NCBI GenBank assembly: GCA_050173015.1 | Contig: JBFXLE010000016.1 | Location: 31,188-95,187 of the forward strand | Source of the DNA: Calditrichaceae bacterium | Lineage (GTDB): Bacteria; Calditrichota; Calditrichia; Calditrichales; JBFXGD01 | Direction: 5' to 3' | Length of the DNA: 64,000 nucleotides | Shown here: one piece after another, positions 20,696 through 30,758 of the stretch | Numbering within the stretch: position 1 is the stretch's first letter | How the letters are laid out: each line of letters opens with the position of its first letter | Notes under the pieces: model-generated | Seen by the model: only the letters and a program-made list of their open reading frames with translations | The model's database searches: none | Told to the model about the DNA's origin: nothing | Position numbers and translations under genes: made by a program

Positions 20696-21700
20696 TCAGA
20701 AAACCAGCTGAAACATTATGTAGAATATATTATTGTCGATATTCGCGTCTTCATCCTGAATGACATAGGCTGCCGTAATATTTGACGCAGACCATTTTTC
20801 GGGAAAAAACGCGTATGAGGCACCGAAAGTGATATCCGTTTCTTCGTTCTTATCAACATCCGTATTTGGATCAACCTGTTCCCAACGCGCCAGAAGTTCG
20901 ATGTTATTCTGAATACGATAAGCGCCAAAAATATAATATCCGTTAAAGGTGACATCTTTAGGTCCGTTTTTATCTACAACCGCTACATACTCCGCTTTTA
21001 CCCGATAAGGGAGCGGCTCAAAATAAAGATAACCCGAATAACTGGAATATTCATTAAAATATTTGTTGCCCATACCATAATACCCGCCGGCTTCAAGACC
21101 CTTTACAGTGGCAGGTTTATAGGTCAGCATACCACTCACCGCGGCGCCCGTGGTCTGTGTGCTGGCCGTTGATTTATGGGAAGGTTTGATATTTACCGCT
21201 CCATCGCCATTATGCAGGGTGATATTATAACTGATATCACTAAATTTGCCCAATAAAGCCATACCATAATCACGATAATCCGCGCCAATAGTCATCGAAC
21301 CCCATTTCTGGGCCGAAACCGGACGCTCAATAATATCTATGACTGTATGTGAAGTCAAACCACCACCGCGCATACCTGCTCCGATAAATCGGCCGACCCT
21401 GAGCTCAGCGTTTTCAGATAATTTGTATTGAATACGAGCATCAAGCAATTTGGGAGTGGTAAGTTCCATTTGAACAAATGCTTTTAGATTTGGTCCCATT
21501 GTTCCTGTGAAGCGCAGCCTGACCCTGCGGAGTCCAAATCCTGCTTCGGCAGTATCCGTGTCCGTTTGCGCGAAACTTCCCCAAAATTGGACCGTACCAT
21601 TTGTTTTTACCGTAATATCGGGCATTTCACCGGCATGAGAGATATTTGTAAAGAGGAAAAACAAGGCAAATGAAAATAATAGTGTGGTAAATTTTCGCAT
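20696..21700 (-). CDS. Porin (OprO/OprP-like) outer-membrane protein
   Basis: Signal peptide, F.LRRVRL, LLDA, ELLARWE, C-terminal FQLVF. Confidence 0.8.
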   Translation of the reverse strand: MRKFTTLLFSFALFFLFTNISHAGEMPDITVKTNGTVQFWGSFAQTDTDTAEAGFGLRRVRLRFTGTMGPNLKAFVQMELTTPKLLDARIQYKLSENAELRVGRFIGAGMRGGGLTSHTVIDIIERPVSAQKWGSMTIGADYRDYGMALLGKFSDISYNITLHNGDGAVNIKPSHKSTASTQTTGAAVSGMLTYKPATVKGLEAGGYYGMGNKYFNEYSSYSGYLYFEPLPYRVKAEYVAVVDKNGPKDVTFNGYYIFGAYRIQNNIELLARWEQVDPNTDVDKNEETDITFGASYAFFPEKWSASNITAAYVIQDEDANIDNNIFYIMFQLVF

Positions 21701-21806
21701 TCCGCCTCCTAAAATGAAATTAAATTATAATGTCAATTAGCAAATACGTAATCCCTTAGCAGATAAATACACCTTTCATTTAAATAGACCAACATCCATG
21801 TGATAA

Positions 21807-21822
21807 TGCAACGGGTATGCCA
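21807..21822 (-). promoter_or_regulatory. Sigma54 (-24/-12) promoter of the porin-LIV operon
   Basis: Minus strand reads TGGCATACCCGTTGCA (GG-N10-GC), between the NtrC-type gene and the porin. Confidence 0.85.
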
Positions 21823-21942
21823 AAGAAATGATTTGGTTGAAGAACAGCGTCAAGCTTTGTCTGAGCTTAAATTGCGTTGATAAGGTGGGATGAAAAAAAT
21901 TCCGGGGAACTCAACAAAATGGCTAAAATTGACCAATAATGG

Positions 21943-23337
21943 CTAAGAATCACCATTCCCGATATTAAATTTACTTAATTTATACCGGAGCGTCTCTCTT
22001 GGTATTTTTAGAATTCTGGCTGCTTTGCTCGTGTTTTTACTACTAAGCGTATAGGCCATCTCCAGCAGCTTAATCTCAGTTTCTTTCATAATTTCGTCTA
22101 ATGAACGTCTTCCCAAATCAGATTTCCGGGGAAAATCGCCGGATTCGTTTTCAAACTGAGCATTTATCAATTCACGGGGAAGATGCCGTACTTCGATAAT
22201 AGATTCTTTTTGAAGAATGCAGATTCGCTCCATAATATTTTTTAATTCGCGCACATTGCCGGGCCAGCTGTATTGAAGCAAAATATTTTTTGTATCATCA
22301 GAGCATCCTTTGATTTTTTTATTAAATTTCCTATTGAAATGATCGAGGAAAAATTCCGCCAGTATGAAAATATCATCGGGACGTTCCCTTAATGGAGGAA
22401 CTTCAATTCGCAATACATTCAGTCTGTAATACAAATCTTCTCTGAATTCTTTATTGATGATTGCTTCTTTAATATTTTTATTTGTTGCCGCGATGATTCG
22501 CAGATTCACTTCGATATCATTGGTAGAACCCAGACGCCGGAATTTTTTATTTTCTATAACCCTTAAGAGTTTTGCCTGGAGCGCCAAACTCATCTCGCCG
22601 ATTTCATCCAAAAACAGTGTTCCATCATCCGCGCGTTCAAGCAATCCTGTTTTTCTGCTTTTTGCATCTGTAAAAGCGCCCTTTTCATATCCGAACAATT
22701 CACTTTCAAGCAGTGTCTCCGGTATCGACGCGCAATTTACTTCTATAAATTCTTTTTCCGCTCTTGGGCTTAATGTATGCAGAGCCGATGCCACCAGTTC
22801 TTTACCAGAACCGCTTTCGCCGGTTATTAGAACCGTTTCGGTACCGTGCTTTGCGTATTCTGAAATCTGGTGTTTAACATGTTCCATTACGGAACTCGAA
22901 CTTAGGATCAGATCCATGCCTTTTTTTTCCTGCTTCTCCTTCAGCTGCTTCACCGTTCTCTTGAGACTCTGGGTTTCCAATGCCAGGCGCGTGATTAGTT
23001 TAATGGCGTCTGCCTTAAACGGTTTCTTAATGTAATCATAAGCGCCCAGTTTAATCGCTTCGACTGCCGATTCAACAGAGGCGTATCCGGTGACGACAAT
23101 CACCAGCAGGTCGGGTTGGATTTGTTTCATCTGTTCAAGAATCTTAATTCCATGCATATCAGGTAGATTTAAATCCAGTAAAGCAAGATCGATCTCTTCC
23201 TTTTTTACCGTTTCCATTGCTTTTTTGCCGTTACTCACCGTCAAAACACGGTATTTTTCCTCCGTGAAAATACGTTTTAAATTTAGCCTGATAAATTCTT
23301 CGTCATCAACCACGAGAACGGTTTTTTGTTTTGTCAT
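21943..23337 (-). CDS. Sigma54-dependent response regulator (NtrC/AtoC family)
   Basis: REC domain, GESGSGKE, GAFTDA, FLDEIGE, WPGNVREL, Fis-type HTH. Confidence 0.96.
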   Translation of the reverse strand: MTKQKTVLVVDDEEFIRLNLKRIFTEEKYRVLTVSNGKKAMETVKKEEIDLALLDLNLPDMHGIKILEQMKQIQPDLLVIVVTGYASVESAVEAIKLGAYDYIKKPFKADAIKLITRLALETQSLKRTVKQLKEKQEKKGMDLILSSSSVMEHVKHQISEYAKHGTETVLITGESGSGKELVASALHTLSPRAEKEFIEVNCASIPETLLESELFGYEKGAFTDAKSRKTGLLERADDGTLFLDEIGEMSLALQAKLLRVIENKKFRRLGSTNDIEVNLRIIAATNKNIKEAIINKEFREDLYYRLNVLRIEVPPLRERPDDIFILAEFFLDHFNRKFNKKIKGCSDDTKNILLQYSWPGNVRELKNIMERICILQKESIIEVRHLPRELINAQFENESGDFPRKSDLGRRSLDEIMKETEIKLLEMAYTLSSKNTSKAARILKIPRETLRYKLSKFNIGNGDS

Positions 23338-23352
23338 GAAATTTCCTTCCGC

Positions 23353-26300
23353 TTATGCCTTTACAGACCCATTAGGAACAGGCAGATAAATTGCGAATAC
23401 CGTTCCTTTACCCTCAATGCTTCGCACTTCTATTTTCCCACGGTGCTCAGAAATAATACTGTGGGTGATGGATAATCCCAGTCCTGTTCCGCCTCTTTTT
23501 TTAGTATAAAACGGATCAAAAATTTTCTCCTGATCACTCACTGAAATACCCGGTCCTGTATCTTCGATAATAATTTCAATCCAGGAATTGCCGTTTTCAT
23601 TACTTTTGACTCCCTGATATGAACCGCCCAGACGTCCGTTTTCAGAGAAAGATGTAGATACGGTTAATTGACCTCCCTGAGGCATGACCTGTATGGAATT
23701 TATAATAATATTTAGCAGGGCCTGACGTATTTTTTCAGAATCCATCATAATATCGGGGACTTGCGGATTTAATCCGGTATTAACAATTATATTAGAATTG
23801 TTGCACTGTTTATCAACAAACCGCAATGTCGTGTCAATAAGTTTGTTAATATCCTTTAAGGCCAACTGACCTTTCGAGGGGGCGGCATAATCCAATAATT
23901 CGTTGATTAAATTTTCGAGCCGTTCCACTTCGGTCAGGGCCTGTTCAACGACCATTGTGATCTCAGGCGTATTGGAAACTTTGTCATGCAGATCATCAAG
24001 GAATAAACTAATCCCGGTTAGGGGATTCCTTATTTCATGAGCGATTCCGGCGGCAAACCGACCGAGAGAAGCCAGTCTGTCAATACGTTTCAGATGGTCG
24101 TCGATATGTTTTTTATCAGTCGTATCCTGCAGTATGACGATGACCCCGGTACTCTCTCCTTTTGAGTTATGAAGAACAGAAACGTTCACCATTACAAAAC
24201 GGATACCTTCGGTTGTATATAATTCGAGATTATAACCGTGGTAAAATCCTTTTGACTTTATGGATTTCTGAACTTCATCAATCACATACTGATGATTTTT
24301 GAAAACCTGCCAGACAGTCCTTCCGATGATCTCACCGCGGTTAACATTCAAAATCAGTCTTGCTGATCTGTTGATACTGGTAATTTTTCCGTTTGTATCA
24401 GTGGTGATAACCCCGTTGAGCATGTACCTCAATACATCTTCAACAAAATTTTTCTGCTGTATTATTTCCTGATACAATTGTGTGTTTTCAATGACTCTGG
24501 CCGCCTGATTAGCCAGAATCTGAAGCGAATTTATATCCAAATCCGAAATTATCTCTTTAGTCAACAATTTATCGGCGCCAAGAATACCGATAATTGTCTC
24601 TTTAATTTTCAAGGGAATAAATACAAAGGAATTACTCTTTCCAAGCTTTCTTATTTTATTGTCAAGCGGTGTCGCTTCTGAATAGACCTTAAAATCATCG
24701 ACCCTGATAATCCTGCCGGTCTTTACAACCCGTGTCTCGATACAATCAAATCGCTGCAGATTGTACTTTGATCTGCGCGCCAGGCGTTCCTGTTCCTCAG
24801 AAAAACCAAATGTTTCTCGGCACTCAAGATATTTTCCGCTATCATCTATCAGATAAAGGATGGCGCGGTCAAATCCCATACTTTCGACTGAATTTTGAAG
24901 GATTAGCCTGAGTACTTTATTGATATCAAAGGTAGTCCCGAGAATATTGCTGATTTTTTGGATTGTTTTGAATATTTTGACCTGGTATTCCAGATCCCGC
25001 GCGTAATTTTCAGTTTCGTTTTTTGAAATTTCAAGCGTCTTCATCGAACTCAGCAATTCTCTCTTGCTTTTTTTAAGTTCATAAGCCATGAAGTTAAAAA
25101 CCATTCCTAAAACGCCAATTTCATCTCTTCTCTGAATATTGATGACTTCATCGAGATGCCCATCCGCCAGTCTGCCGGCCGCGTCTGTAATTTTTAGAAG
25201 AGGGCGTGAAAAACTCCTGGAAATAAACCATGAAGATATTCCGGCAAACGCGAAGGTGATTAATATAAACCAGACAATATTATTGCGGATGAACATGATA
25301 ATTTTGCTGAAATCATTGGCAATTGAAAGAGCGGGATGTTGAAAACGCCCTATTTCCGCGCCGATCGTAATGGCGCCGAAAATCCCGAATTTTTTATAAT
25401 CTCCTCTATCGTAAAATATCGGGGCATATGCCATCACTTTCTTTATTCCGCCCACATTCGTAGTCACTACCGCTCCCGAAGCGCCCTTGCGAACCTGTTC
25501 GGCGACATAGGGATATCCCTGATCAATAAATCCCGCTTCATCGAGATTAAATGGTATTCTCCCTTCCGCCACCGCTTCCGGCGGAGAATCCGCTTTATAA
25601 GGCGGAACCCATTCTCCGTTCTTATCCAACCCCCGTATATCCCAAAATTTCGGGTGCGTAATGATCCATCCTTCATCATCAAACATAAAAGCGTAATCTC
25701 CCGAACTATAAACCGGGAATACCGTCGTCGTTTTCTGATTGGGCAGGATGTGTTGGGTAAATTCCATAAGATGCCTGTGATCCAACGCCAGCGTCACAAT
25801 CCCCCTGAACTCACCGTAGTCATAAAGCGGAGCGGCGAAACGCACTACTCCATGGTATTTCTTGCCTTCAACGGCTTCGTCTATGGTCGCGGCGTTCTGA
25901 AGTTGTTCCTTCCGGCTGACATGAAAACCCGTTACATGAGATACATATATTTCATTCCCGGTCAGTTCCGCGGTTTCCTGAAAATATGTTTCGGCTAAGT
26001 ATGTGGTATTTTTCGGATTTCGCACATTCTTTAGTGATTTTTTTGGAATGAGTATATTATCCTGTATTTTTAATTTTTCATTTCCTTCGGCGTCAATGAT
26101 GGCGATTTCTTTATAAAGGGGAATAAGGACCCTTTCTTCAGACGGATACTCATTGGTTCCGCCTCTCACCCAGATCTCCGATTTATGCTGATTATTGAAA
26201 TAATGATAATTTGTTTCAGTCGGAATGACATCTTTGAGCGACATAAGATCATGTTCGCACTGTTTCAAAAATTTTTGCATCATTCTGGCGGTTAGCACTG

Positions 26301-26535
26301 CCTGCAATTCCATTGACTCCTGTGTCTTTTGATCAATGGACTGTAAAACCTGATTGTAAATATCACTTTTAAGCGAATTCATCGTGTACAACGTAAAAAA
26401 TCCGAATATTAATAAAGGCAGTATGGCAATTACAAGAAACGACAGCAGGAATTTTTTAAAGATGCCGAGGCTAAAATCCGGCAGATAACTCAGATATTTG
26501 TTTTTTTGTGGTGATTCTGACGGGTACTCGTTCAA
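23353..26535 (-). CDS. Membrane sensor histidine kinase (periplasmic Cache-like, HAMP, GAF, PAS, HisKA, HATPase)
   Basis: Two TMs, RRDEIGVL HAMP, AHEIRNPL, NIIINS, DTGPGI, GTGLGL. Confidence 0.95.
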   Translation of the reverse strand: MNEYPSESPQKNKYLSYLPDFSLGIFKKFLLSFLVIAILPLLIFGFFTLYTMNSLKSDIYNQVLQSIDQKTQESMELQAVLTARMMQKFLKQCEHDLMSLKDVIPTETNYHYFNNQHKSEIWVRGGTNEYPSEERVLIPLYKEIAIIDAEGNEKLKIQDNILIPKKSLKNVRNPKNTTYLAETYFQETAELTGNEIYVSHVTGFHVSRKEQLQNAATIDEAVEGKKYHGVVRFAAPLYDYGEFRGIVTLALDHRHLMEFTQHILPNQKTTTVFPVYSSGDYAFMFDDEGWIITHPKFWDIRGLDKNGEWVPPYKADSPPEAVAEGRIPFNLDEAGFIDQGYPYVAEQVRKGASGAVVTTNVGGIKKVMAYAPIFYDRGDYKKFGIFGAITIGAEIGRFQHPALSIANDFSKIIMFIRNNIVWFILITFAFAGISSWFISRSFSRPLLKITDAAGRLADGHLDEVINIQRRDEIGVLGMVFNFMAYELKKSKRELLSSMKTLEISKNETENYARDLEYQVKIFKTIQKISNILGTTFDINKVLRLILQNSVESMGFDRAILYLIDDSGKYLECRETFGFSEEQERLARRSKYNLQRFDCIETRVVKTGRIIRVDDFKVYSEATPLDNKIRKLGKSNSFVFIPLKIKETIIGILGADKLLTKEIISDLDINSLQILANQAARVIENTQLYQEIIQQKNFVEDVLRYMLNGVITTDTNGKITSINRSARLILNVNRGEIIGRTVWQVFKNHQYVIDEVQKSIKSKGFYHGYNLELYTTEGIRFVMVNVSVLHNSKGESTGVIVILQDTTDKKHIDDHLKRIDRLASLGRFAAGIAHEIRNPLTGISLFLDDLHDKVSNTPEITMVVEQALTEVERLENLINELLDYAAPSKGQLALKDINKLIDTTLRFVDKQCNNSNIIVNTGLNPQVPDIMMDSEKIRQALLNIIINSIQVMPQGGQLTVSTSFSENGRLGGSYQGVKSNENGNSWIEIIIEDTGPGISVSDQEKIFDPFYTKKRGGTGLGLSITHSIISEHRGKIEVRSIEGKGTVFAIYLPVPNGSVKA

Positions 26536-26745
26536 ATTATTCTTTCTGAAATGATTTTACTTGAGATTCTCCGAACAATAAATATTAAGATTTTGATATT
26601 TCAAAATCAACTGTGATTCAATTCACAAGACATCAGCTCATCTATTTACTTTGCGGTTCTATTCTTACAACGTGAAAATCTCTGTCTTTATTTTGCCTTA
26701 ACCCGCAAAACTCATTTGTTTTTTGATGAGAATTTTTTATATTTG

Positions 26746-26761
26746 GTGTACTTATGTACAC
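26746..26761. promoter_or_regulatory. Palindromic operator GTGTAC-N4-GTACAC (candidate LexA/SOS box)
   Basis: GTGTACTTATGTACAC immediately after a TATATT -10-like hexamer and before the GGAG RBS of dnaE. Confidence 0.6.
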
Positions 26762-26773
26762 TTGGAGATAAGA

Positions 26774-29700
26774 ATGAACGGATTCGTACACCTTCATACA
26801 CACAGTTATTACAGCCTCCTGGATGGTATTTCTTCTCCGGAAGAACTGGTTATTGCCGCCAAAAAAAGCGGCATGAAAGCGCTCGCGCTAACCGATCATA
26901 ACAGTCTTTACGGCGCGATCGAATTTTATCAGACCGCGAAAAAATACAATCTGAAAGCGATCATAGGCGCCCAATTGCGGCTTTCGGACGGCTTTGATCT
27001 CATTTTTCTGGTAAAAGATGATACCGGTTACCGGAATTTATGCAATATGATCTCAATCGGGCAGTTAAACGGGGGCCATCTTAAATTCCGGTTAGACCTT
27101 AAAGATGTTTTTCGTTATAAAGACGGATTAATTGTTTTGTCCGGCGGTCACAAAGGAAAGATTTTTCATTTGCTCCACAGTCGTCGGTTTGATGAGGCAA
27201 TAAATGAAGCCTGTCTGTTGCAAAGTCAGTTCGGAGAAGATTTTTTCCTCGAAATGCAGCATTTTTCACCACAGCATACTATTATCAATCTAAGGCTCCG
27301 TGATATATCGGCGGAATATAAAATTCCGCTGGCGGCGACCAATGATGTCCATTTTGTTTCACTGAAAGACTGGTCACTAAGGCGTGTTTTACATGCAATC
27401 GACGCCAACACAGTCTCAGGCAAGATCGAAACCGCGGGAAGTTCCGAGCAGCACCTAAAATCCACCGGGATGATGGAAGAGATGTTTGGAGTTTTTCCTA
27501 CAGCTCTGACGAACACTCAGCGCATCGCGGGAATGTGCCATTTTGAGTTTGATCTTGGAAAGCCTATTTTCCCTTCGATTGAACTACCGGAGGGTGAAAC
27601 AGGATTTTCATATTTATGGAAAAAAAGTTTTGAAGGCGCGACCAAACGTTATAAACCGTTGACCCGCGAAGTCATTAAGCGGCTTCAGTATGAACTGCAA
27701 ACCATCCATGACCTTGGATTTGCTGAATACTTTTTGATTGTCAAAAACATCGTCGATTACTGCCATAAGAGTCATATTCCGTGTGTAGGGCGCGGATCAG
27801 CCGCCGACAGTCTCGTTTCTTACGTGCTTGAAATTACCCAGGTCGATCCCATCCGCCACAATTTGTATTTTGAACGCTTTCTTAATCCGGAACGCGCCGA
27901 TCCGCCGGATATTGATCTGGATATTTGCTGGAAGAACAGAGACCGCGTACTCACCTATGTTTATGAGAAATACGGCAATGACCGGGTCGCCATGATTTGC
28001 ACTTTCAACACCTTTCAGGTGCGTTCGGCCATACGTGATGTGGCCAAAACCTACGGTCTGCCCGAAGATGAAATCGGCAAACTGACCAAACATCTGCCGC
28101 ACCGCGCTATCGAACAGCTTGAAGAAACGATTAACAGCCTGCCGGAATTACGCGAACTGCGCCACAATCTATCCCTGTATGAGGAAATCATTCGCATCGC
28201 CCATCGTATTGCCGATTTTCCCCGTCATCTTTCCATTCACCCCGGAGGTGTTATTATCGCGCCGGACCGGATCACCAATCATACCCCGCTGGAAATGGCC
28301 GGAAAAGGAATTGTTATCTCTCAGTACGATATGTATTCCATCGAAAAACTGGGGCTGGTTAAAATGGATCTTCTCGGCGTGCGCTCGCTTAGCGTTATTA
28401 CGGACTGTATCCGAACTGTGAAGAAAAAAACTGAATCCGGCGATCTGAAAGCCGTTGCGGAAAAACATAAAAAAACGCCCGATTTTCTCCTAAAAAACAG
28501 CGATGAACTCTCTCCGCTTGATCTAAAAACGATTCCCGGGGAAGATCCCCATGTTACCGCTTATATCCGTTCCGGACAGACCATGTGTTGTTTTCAGCTG
28601 GAAAGTCCCGCCATGCGCGGGTTGTTAAAAAAAATGATGATCGAAGGCGTCGACGATGTCATTACGGCGGTTGCGCTGATACGGCCGGGGGCATCGGGCA
28701 GCGGTATGAAAGAGATTTATATAAGACGGCGCGCGGGACTAGAAAGAACCACATATATCCATCCTTCCATCGCTCCCGCCCTTGAGGAGACTTATGGGGT
28801 CACCATTTATCAGGAGCAGGTGCTGCGCATTGCCCATCTGGCCGCCGGCCTCAGTCTTGGACAGGCTGATACACTTCGCAGGGCCATGACAAAGTCACGT
28901 AATAAAAAAGAATTTTTAAACATTCACGGGGCGTTTATTCAGGGCGCTTTAAAAAACGGACTGGACAATCCACAGGCTGAAACAATCTGGCAATTTCTAT
29001 CGCAATTCGTCGGCTACGGCTTCAACAAAGCCCATTCGGCCACATACGGCACGATCGCCTATCAGACCGCTTTTTTGAAATATTATTTCCCTCTGGAATA
29101 TATGTGCGCCGTACTTAACAATCAGGGCGGCTTTTATTCCCGGATGGCTTATACAGAAGAGGCGCGGCGTATGGGACTGAAGCTTTTGACTCCGGATGTC
29201 AATTATTCGGAAGCTGATTTTAGCTGTGATAACAACGCCATCCGGACAGGGCTCGGAACGGTGTTTGAACTTACAGAAAAGACAATTCAGTCAATCATTG
29301 CCGCCAGAAAAATCAAACCTTTTTCCGATTTATTTGATTTTATCAGAAGAACCCGGGCAAACGAAAAAGAGATCGGACACCTTATCAAAGCCGGGGCTCT
29401 GTCGTCCATCCATCCCAGCGCGCCCCAGCTTCTGCTGCTCAACAGGCTGTATTTCAAAAACAAAAAAAAGACGGCTGTTGTACAGTATGTGGCCGGTGAA
29501 ACTGAACTGGAACCATTTAACGATTATCAAAAAATCATCAACGAAATGGAAATGCTCGATTTTGCCGTCACCGATCACCCCCTGGCTCTTTTTGAACAGC
29601 ATATTTCCGCTGACAGTATCATTCCCTCAACACAAATTGAATCTCATAAAGGTAAATCCGTCACCTGTATCGGTTGGCTGGTCACATCACGGCGCGTTGC

Positions 29701-29962
29701 CACATCCAAAAATCAATATATGAAGTTTCTCACACTGGAAGATCGTTTCGGCTTGTTTGAAGTCGTCCTTTTCCCTGCCGTTTATAACAGGTTCGGTCAA
29801 CTAATCCGCACCCACGGCCCCTATATTATTACCGGAAAAGTGCAGTCCCGTTTACCCGGAGAAGCCAATCTGATTGTTGATAAACTGGAAATTGTTGCCA
29901 TGGACAAAAAAGAGATCGAATTTCTTCTGCAAAAAAGAGAACCGCTGGAATGGAGCGATTAA
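26774..29962 (+). CDS. dnaE: DNA polymerase III alpha subunit, probably the error-prone DnaE2-like copy
   Basis: PHP HLHTHS/LTDH, GRGSAA.S, FERFL..ER..PPDIDLD, PRHLSIHPGG, YGFNKAH, OB-fold MKFLTLED; start at the ATG at 26774 after GGAG. Confidence 0.9.
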   Translation: MNGFVHLHTHSYYSLLDGISSPEELVIAAKKSGMKALALTDHNSLYGAIEFYQTAKKYNLKAIIGAQLRLSDGFDLIFLVKDDTGYRNLCNMISIGQLNGGHLKFRLDLKDVFRYKDGLIVLSGGHKGKIFHLLHSRRFDEAINEACLLQSQFGEDFFLEMQHFSPQHTIINLRLRDISAEYKIPLAATNDVHFVSLKDWSLRRVLHAIDANTVSGKIETAGSSEQHLKSTGMMEEMFGVFPTALTNTQRIAGMCHFEFDLGKPIFPSIELPEGETGFSYLWKKSFEGATKRYKPLTREVIKRLQYELQTIHDLGFAEYFLIVKNIVDYCHKSHIPCVGRGSAADSLVSYVLEITQVDPIRHNLYFERFLNPERADPPDIDLDICWKNRDRVLTYVYEKYGNDRVAMICTFNTFQVRSAIRDVAKTYGLPEDEIGKLTKHLPHRAIEQLEETINSLPELRELRHNLSLYEEIIRIAHRIADFPRHLSIHPGGVIIAPDRITNHTPLEMAGKGIVISQYDMYSIEKLGLVKMDLLGVRSLSVITDCIRTVKKKTESGDLKAVAEKHKKTPDFLLKNSDELSPLDLKTIPGEDPHVTAYIRSGQTMCCFQLESPAMRGLLKKMMIEGVDDVITAVALIRPGASGSGMKEIYIRRRAGLERTTYIHPSIAPALEETYGVTIYQEQVLRIAHLAAGLSLGQADTLRRAMTKSRNKKEFLNIHGAFIQGALKNGLDNPQAETIWQFLSQFVGYGFNKAHSATYGTIAYQTAFLKYYFPLEYMCAVLNNQGGFYSRMAYTEEARRMGLKLLTPDVNYSEADFSCDNNAIRTGLGTVFELTEKTIQSIIAARKIKPFSDLFDFIRRTRANEKEIGHLIKAGALSSIHPSAPQLLLLNRLYFKNKKKTAVVQYVAGETELEPFNDYQKIINEMEMLDFAVTDHPLALFEQHISADSIIPSTQIESHKGKSVTCIGWLVTSRRVATSKNQYMKFLTLEDRFGLFEVVLFPAVYNRFGQLIRTHGPYIITGKVQSRLPGEANLIVDKLEIVAMDKKEIEFLLQKREPLEWSD

Positions 29963-30001
29963 TATCACCCCGGCAACAGTTTTTTATTTTTATCTTGCAT
30001 A

Positions 30002-30107
30002 TATAAACACATTGCTTATATTTCATATTATATAAGTTTTTTACTTATTTTTAGTTTTATATAAGTCAATTAATTATAAACATATAAATATAATAGAAAG
30101 TCTTATA
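30002..30107. promoter_or_regulatory. Array of four TATAA-N9-TTAT(A/T) palindromes at a 29-bp period upstream of satD
   Basis: 17-mers start at 30003, 30032, 30061 and 30090. The first overlaps a TTGCAT(29995)-16 nt-TATATT(30017) promoter. Confidence 0.7.
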
Positions 30108-30113
30108 ACAGCA

Positions 30114-30758
30114 ATGCAAAACCAATATCTCGTTATAATCGGTGATATTATCGGATCAAGGGGGATCAAAAACCGTAAACAGGTTCAGCAAAGATTCATG
30201 AACGCGCTGAACGAGTCATCGGCTGCATACGGGACATTTGTGGTCTCGCCTCTGACACTAACCATTGGTGACGAATTTCAGGTGGTGTTATCTGATTCGG
30301 CAATGCTGTTCGACACGCTTTATCAGATTGAATCGAGCATGGAAGGAATCTCCCTGCGTTACGGTTTCGGGCTGGGCGGTATTGACACGGAAATCAATAG
30401 AGAAAGCGCGATCGGAATGGATGGACCGGCATTTCATTATGCCAGGAACGCGGTAGAAACCGCAAGAGATATGAACAAAATATACGTATTCAAGTGCGCG
30501 GATAAATCGACTGAAGCGAGAATAAATATATTGCTGGACTGGTTAAATGTAACAACTGCAAAATGGAATATTCAAAAAAAGAGTATATTGTTTTATTACA
30601 GAAAAAGCTGGACCCAGACGAATATTGCCGGAAAAGTCGGAATGACCCAGCCGGCAGTTTCACAACATCTCAAGGATCCGGCATTTCCGCTTGTAAACCG
30701 TACACAAATAAGTATTCAGGAAGACATGAATAATATAATCTCGGGTCGGACAAGATGA
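30114..30758 (+). CDS. SatD family protein (nucleotide-cyclase-like fold + C-terminal HTH)
   Basis: IIGDIIGSR, TIGDEFQ, DGPAFHYAR, HTH TQTNIAGKVGMTQPAVSQHL. Confidence 0.88.
   Translation: MQNQYLVIIGDIIGSRGIKNRKQVQQRFMNALNESSAAYGTFVVSPLTLTIGDEFQVVLSDSAMLFDTLYQIESSMEGISLRYGFGLGGIDTEINRESAIGMDGPAFHYARNAVETARDMNKIYVFKCADKSTEARINILLDWLNVTTAKWNIQKKSILFYYRKSWTQTNIAGKVGMTQPAVSQHLKDPAFPLVNRTQISIQEDMNNIISGRTR

Noticed and set aside
22454-25998. Long plus-strand ORFs (22454-23035, 25336-25998)
   Set aside because: Antisense to the well-supported two-component genes and without motifs
30002-30107. 29-bp periodic array as a mini-CRISPR
   Set aside because: The period is too short and only short half-sites are conserved; it fits operators better
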